Shown in pieces: positions 58,492 to 64,000 of a DNA stretch of 64,000 bases. Origin of the DNA: Thermoanaerobaculia bacterium (lineage in GTDB: Bacteria; Acidobacteriota; Thermoanaerobaculia; Multivoradales; UBA5704); the NCBI GenBank assembly GCA_044226625.1, contig JBGAGQ010000004.1, forward strand, positions 96,001-160,000, given 5' to 3'. The position numbers were made by a program, and so were the translations under genes. The notes below the pieces were generated by a model that worked only from the letters and a program-made list of their open reading frames with translations, was not told where the DNA came from and searched no databases. Position 1 is the stretch's first letter. Every line of letters starts with the position of its first letter.

Positions 58492-58917
58492 TTACCTCTC
58501 GGCGTCCAGGACGACGCTTTCGAGCAGACCGGTGCCCTGCCCGAGACCGAGCCGGAGATCACCCCAGGGATAGGCGTAGACCTGATAGCGCGGTGAGTTC
58601 GGCGGCTGCTGGGCGTTCGGGAACTGGACGTTGAACCTCGCGCCGAAACGGGCGGTCAGCTCGGCTTGGCGGAGGCCGACCGAGGAGGAATCGAGATCGA
58701 CGATCAACAAGCCGTCCCGCCGAGTGGCACCGGGGCGGGGCAGCCGCAGCTCGACGCCGACGACCGGCGGTCGCGTCGAGGCGGATCGAAGAATCGTAAA
58801 GTAAGGATTCGTTGTGGAGAGGTCCTCACGCAGACGAACGCCCGTAGTTCGCTCGACTCCCCATTGGGAAAACGGCCGGGAGTCGATCAGTCGGGCGATG
58901 AGATCGAGCACCTCCAT
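58492..58917 (-). CDS. Hypothetical protein
   Basis: 141-aa ORF starting 17 nt after the ppdK stop, same strand. Confidence 0.6.
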   Translation of the reverse strand: MEVLDLIARLIDSRPFSQWGVERTTGVRLREDLSTTNPYFTILRSASTRPPVVGVELRLPRPGATRRDGLLIVDLDSSSVGLRQAELTARFGARFNVQFPNAQQPPNSPRYQVYAYPWGDLRLGLGQGTGLLESVVLDAER

Positions 58918-58934
58918 CCGGAGCGGGTTCCTCG

Positions 58935-61661
<2,727 letters not shown>

Positions 61662-61703
61662 CGCGTCTCCTTCCCCTTCGGTCCAGCTCGCAATCTAGGC
61701 CGA

Positions 61704-61731
61704 ATCATAGCGTTCCCGCCCCGCACGACAA
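61704..61731 (-). promoter_or_regulatory. Putative sigma70 promoter of ppdK
   Basis: TTGTCG-N16-TATGAT on the minus strand. Confidence 0.5.
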
Positions 61732-61753
61732 GGTGGGGCGAGAGGCCTCCGGG

Positions 61754-62836
61754 CTAGACTCGCATCAAGACGGATCCCCAGTGGAGCCCCGCGCCGAGCG
61801 CGGTCAAGGCGACCAACGCGCCCTCGGGCGCTTTCCCCGCCTGCCGGGCTTCGTGAAACGCGAGGGGCAACGTCGCCGACGTCGTGTTGCCGAATTTCTG
61901 AATGTTGTTCCAGACCTTCGCGTCCGCGAGGCCCAGGGCTTTCTGCGACGCCTCGTTGATCCGCAGGTTCGCCTGATGCATCACGAGCAGGTCGAGGTCG
62001 TCGAGCGTGTAGCCGTGCCTGGCGAGCACCTCCCGCGTCACCTCCGGCATGCGGGTGACGGCGAGCTTGAACACCGCTTTGCCGTCCATCACCGGCACCG
62101 TCTTCGCCGCGGCGATCATCTCCGCGGTGACGAACGGCCGGTTCGCCGAGCCACCGCCCGGGACGAACAGGATGTCCTTGTGGTTGCCGTCGCCGTAGAG
62201 CGCGGAGCCCAGGATGCCGCGCTCGGCTTCGCCTTCCTTTTTCTCCCAGGCGCGAAAGACCATCGCCCCCGCGCCATCCCCGAACAGGACGAGCAAGTGG
62301 CGGAAGTTCGAGTTCCAGGCGAAATCTTCCGCCGAGAGCGGGCCCGGATCGCGGCCGTGGAGGACCTCGAACGTGCGCTCGGAAAACGGCATCAACGACG
62401 TGTGGACGTCGGTGCCGACGAGGAGCACGGTCTTGGCGAGCCCGCCCCGAATCAGGGCGTCGACCAGCTGCAGGCCGTACGCGAAACCGGCGCATTGCTG
62501 CCGGATGTCGAGCGTCGGCAGCGCCTTCAATCCGAGCTTCTGCTGGATCAGCGTCGCCGATCCAGGGAAGTAGTGATCGGGGGTCATCGTCGCGCAGACC
62601 AGGTAGTCGACTTCCGCGAGATCGATTCCGGAATCCTGGATGGCCGCGCGCGCCGCCTCGACACCCAGATCGGACGACCCGACTCCGGGGTCGACGTAAT
62701 AGCGGGTCTTGATGCCGCTCCTTTCGCGGATCCATTCGTCGCTCGTCTCGATGATCCGAGCGAGCATGTCGTTGGTGATCTCGTGGGGGGGAATCGCCAC
62801 ACCGGTTCCGGCGAGGACGGCGCGGTACTCGGGCAT
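61754..62836 (-). CDS. fabH: 3-oxoacyl-ACP synthase III (FabH family)
   Basis: 'QQCAGF', 'FGDGAGA', 'HQANLRI', 'GNTTSA'. Confidence 0.9.
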   Translation of the reverse strand: MPEYRAVLAGTGVAIPPHEITNDMLARIIETSDEWIRERSGIKTRYYVDPGVGSSDLGVEAARAAIQDSGIDLAEVDYLVCATMTPDHYFPGSATLIQQKLGLKALPTLDIRQQCAGFAYGLQLVDALIRGGLAKTVLLVGTDVHTSLMPFSERTFEVLHGRDPGPLSAEDFAWNSNFRHLLVLFGDGAGAMVFRAWEKKEGEAERGILGSALYGDGNHKDILFVPGGGSANRPFVTAEMIAAAKTVPVMDGKAVFKLAVTRMPEVTREVLARHGYTLDDLDLLVMHQANLRINEASQKALGLADAKVWNNIQKFGNTTSATLPLAFHEARQAGKAPEGALVALTALGAGLHWGSVLMRV

Positions 62837-62923
62837 CGGAATCGAATCTCCTTGCGTAGGCGTTGCTTGGGCGCCGATCCTACCAGCATGGCGCTCCGGC
62901 CCGGCGAGGAGTGATGGGCGGCC

Positions 62924-63544
62924 TCAGCCCGGTGGGCGCCGCTGCGGACGGACGGGGGCGCGGCCAGGGGCGAACGGCACCGTGAGCCCCCCCTGCTTGA
63001 TGAAGCGGAAGTTGCCGAACGGTTTCTTGCCGTCCAAACCGTAGGAAGATTTCTCGTCGTAGTGCCAAACCTCGAGCGCCTGGTTGCCGCGCACCGAGGT
63101 CATGTCGAAGTCGATCTTGGCGGGCGCCCCGTAAAGCACGAAGAGCGCTCCGCGGGCTGTATGCCGGCCGAGGATGCCCGCCTCGGAATAGAGACGATCC
63201 GCCTCTTCCGAACGGGCGTCGAACACTTCGCGAGCGGGATTGCCTTCGCTGCCCGGGCTGATATCGCGCCGCTTCCAGAACGACTCGATGAATACGGCGG
63301 CCGACTCGTCGTTCTTCAACGCGAGGAACTCGTCGATCTCGCCATCGCTCGCCATGCGCGAAATCGCCCCGAGCATCCAAGCCGCGTAGTCGGGTCCGAG
63401 CAGCGGGTTGGTGAGGTCCTCGTAGCGTCGAGGCTTCGGTTTCGAAGCCCCCGGGGCCGGCGCGGCGCAGATCCCGAGCCAGGCGATCAGCCCCCCAGCA
63501 CAGAAGAGGCCACAGAGCAGCCGGCGGGACGACGGCAGGTTCAC
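62924..63544 (-). CDS. GWxTD-domain-like exported protein
   Basis: 'FIESFWKRRD..P....NP', 'EADRLY', 'HTARG..FVLYGAP', 'EVWHY'; GTGA overlap with folE. Confidence 0.75.
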   Translation of the reverse strand: MNLPSSRRLLCGLFCAGGLIAWLGICAAPAPGASKPKPRRYEDLTNPLLGPDYAAWMLGAISRMASDGEIDEFLALKNDESAAVFIESFWKRRDISPGSEGNPAREVFDARSEEADRLYSEAGILGRHTARGALFVLYGAPAKIDFDMTSVRGNQALEVWHYDEKSSYGLDGKKPFGNFRFIKQGGLTVPFAPGRAPVRPQRRPPG

Positions 63545-64000
63545 GGCCGTCTCAACAGATCGAGGAACTCTTCGCGTACGGGCTTCTGGTGGAAGATCCC
63601 GCGCAGCGCCGAGGTCACCGTCTCGGTCCCAGGTTTCTTGACCCCTCGCATCTCGACGCACAGGTGGCGCGCCTCGATCACCACCATCGCCCCCTGCGGC
63701 TTCAGCTGCTCGTCGAGATAGGAGACTACCTGCTCGGTCAGCCGTTCCTGCAGCTGGGGCCGCTTGGCGTAGAACTCGAGGATGCGGGAAAACTTCGACA
63801 GCCCGATGATCCGGTCGTTGGGAATGTAGGCGATGTGGGCGTGGCCATAGAAAGGCACCAGATGGTGGGCGCACATCGAGTAGAACGGGATGTTCTTCTC
63901 CATCACCATGTGGCTGTAGTTCTCTTCGTTCGGAAACGTGGTGATCGCCGGCTCGGCTCCCTCGGAAAGGCCATGGAACATCTCGATGTACATCTTCGCC
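63541..64000 (-). CDS. folE: GTP cyclohydrolase I (5' truncated by window edge)
   Basis: 'SMCAHHLVPF', 'IGLSK', 'QLQERLT', 'HLCVEMRGV'. Confidence 0.95.
   Translation of the reverse strand, partial: AKMYIEMFHGLSEGAEPAITTFPNEENYSHMVMEKNIPFYSMCAHHLVPFYGHAHIAYIPNDRIIGLSKFSRILEFYAKRPQLQERLTEQVVSYLDEQLKPQGAMVVIEARHLCVEMRGVKKPGTETVTSALRGIFHQKPVREEFLDLLRRP

Overview
GC-rich bacterial chromosomal window. The gene families (ADOP-type permease, GWxTD protein, sulfatase-TPR lipoprotein, IPTL-CTERM-like proteins) suggest Acidobacteriota, probably Thermoanaerobaculia; this is inference. About 60 CDS and one tRNA-Ala(CGC) are supported. The left third holds ABC exporters and large secreted proteins: two IPTL-CTERM-like paralogs, an S8-PKD protease and an EEP-family enzyme. 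An accessory islet at about 19-25 kb carries two type II toxin-antitoxin pairs, an NYN nuclease, and a small coiled-coil/wHTH-like gene fused to an unusual ~620-bp degenerate 21-bp tandem array that flips orientation internally. The rest is mostly housekeeping (MMPL, pgsA, IscA, YgfZ, ada, gap, ppdK, FabH-like, folE). Top leads are (1) the 21-bp array and its adjacent gene, (2) a full-length GAPDH paralog lacking the catalytic Cys and substrate-binding residues, placed directly upstream of canonical gap, and (3) a tightly coupled SPFH-SPFH-2TM-DUF1003-VIT1 operon. Family assignments come from motif recognition by eye, not database searches.
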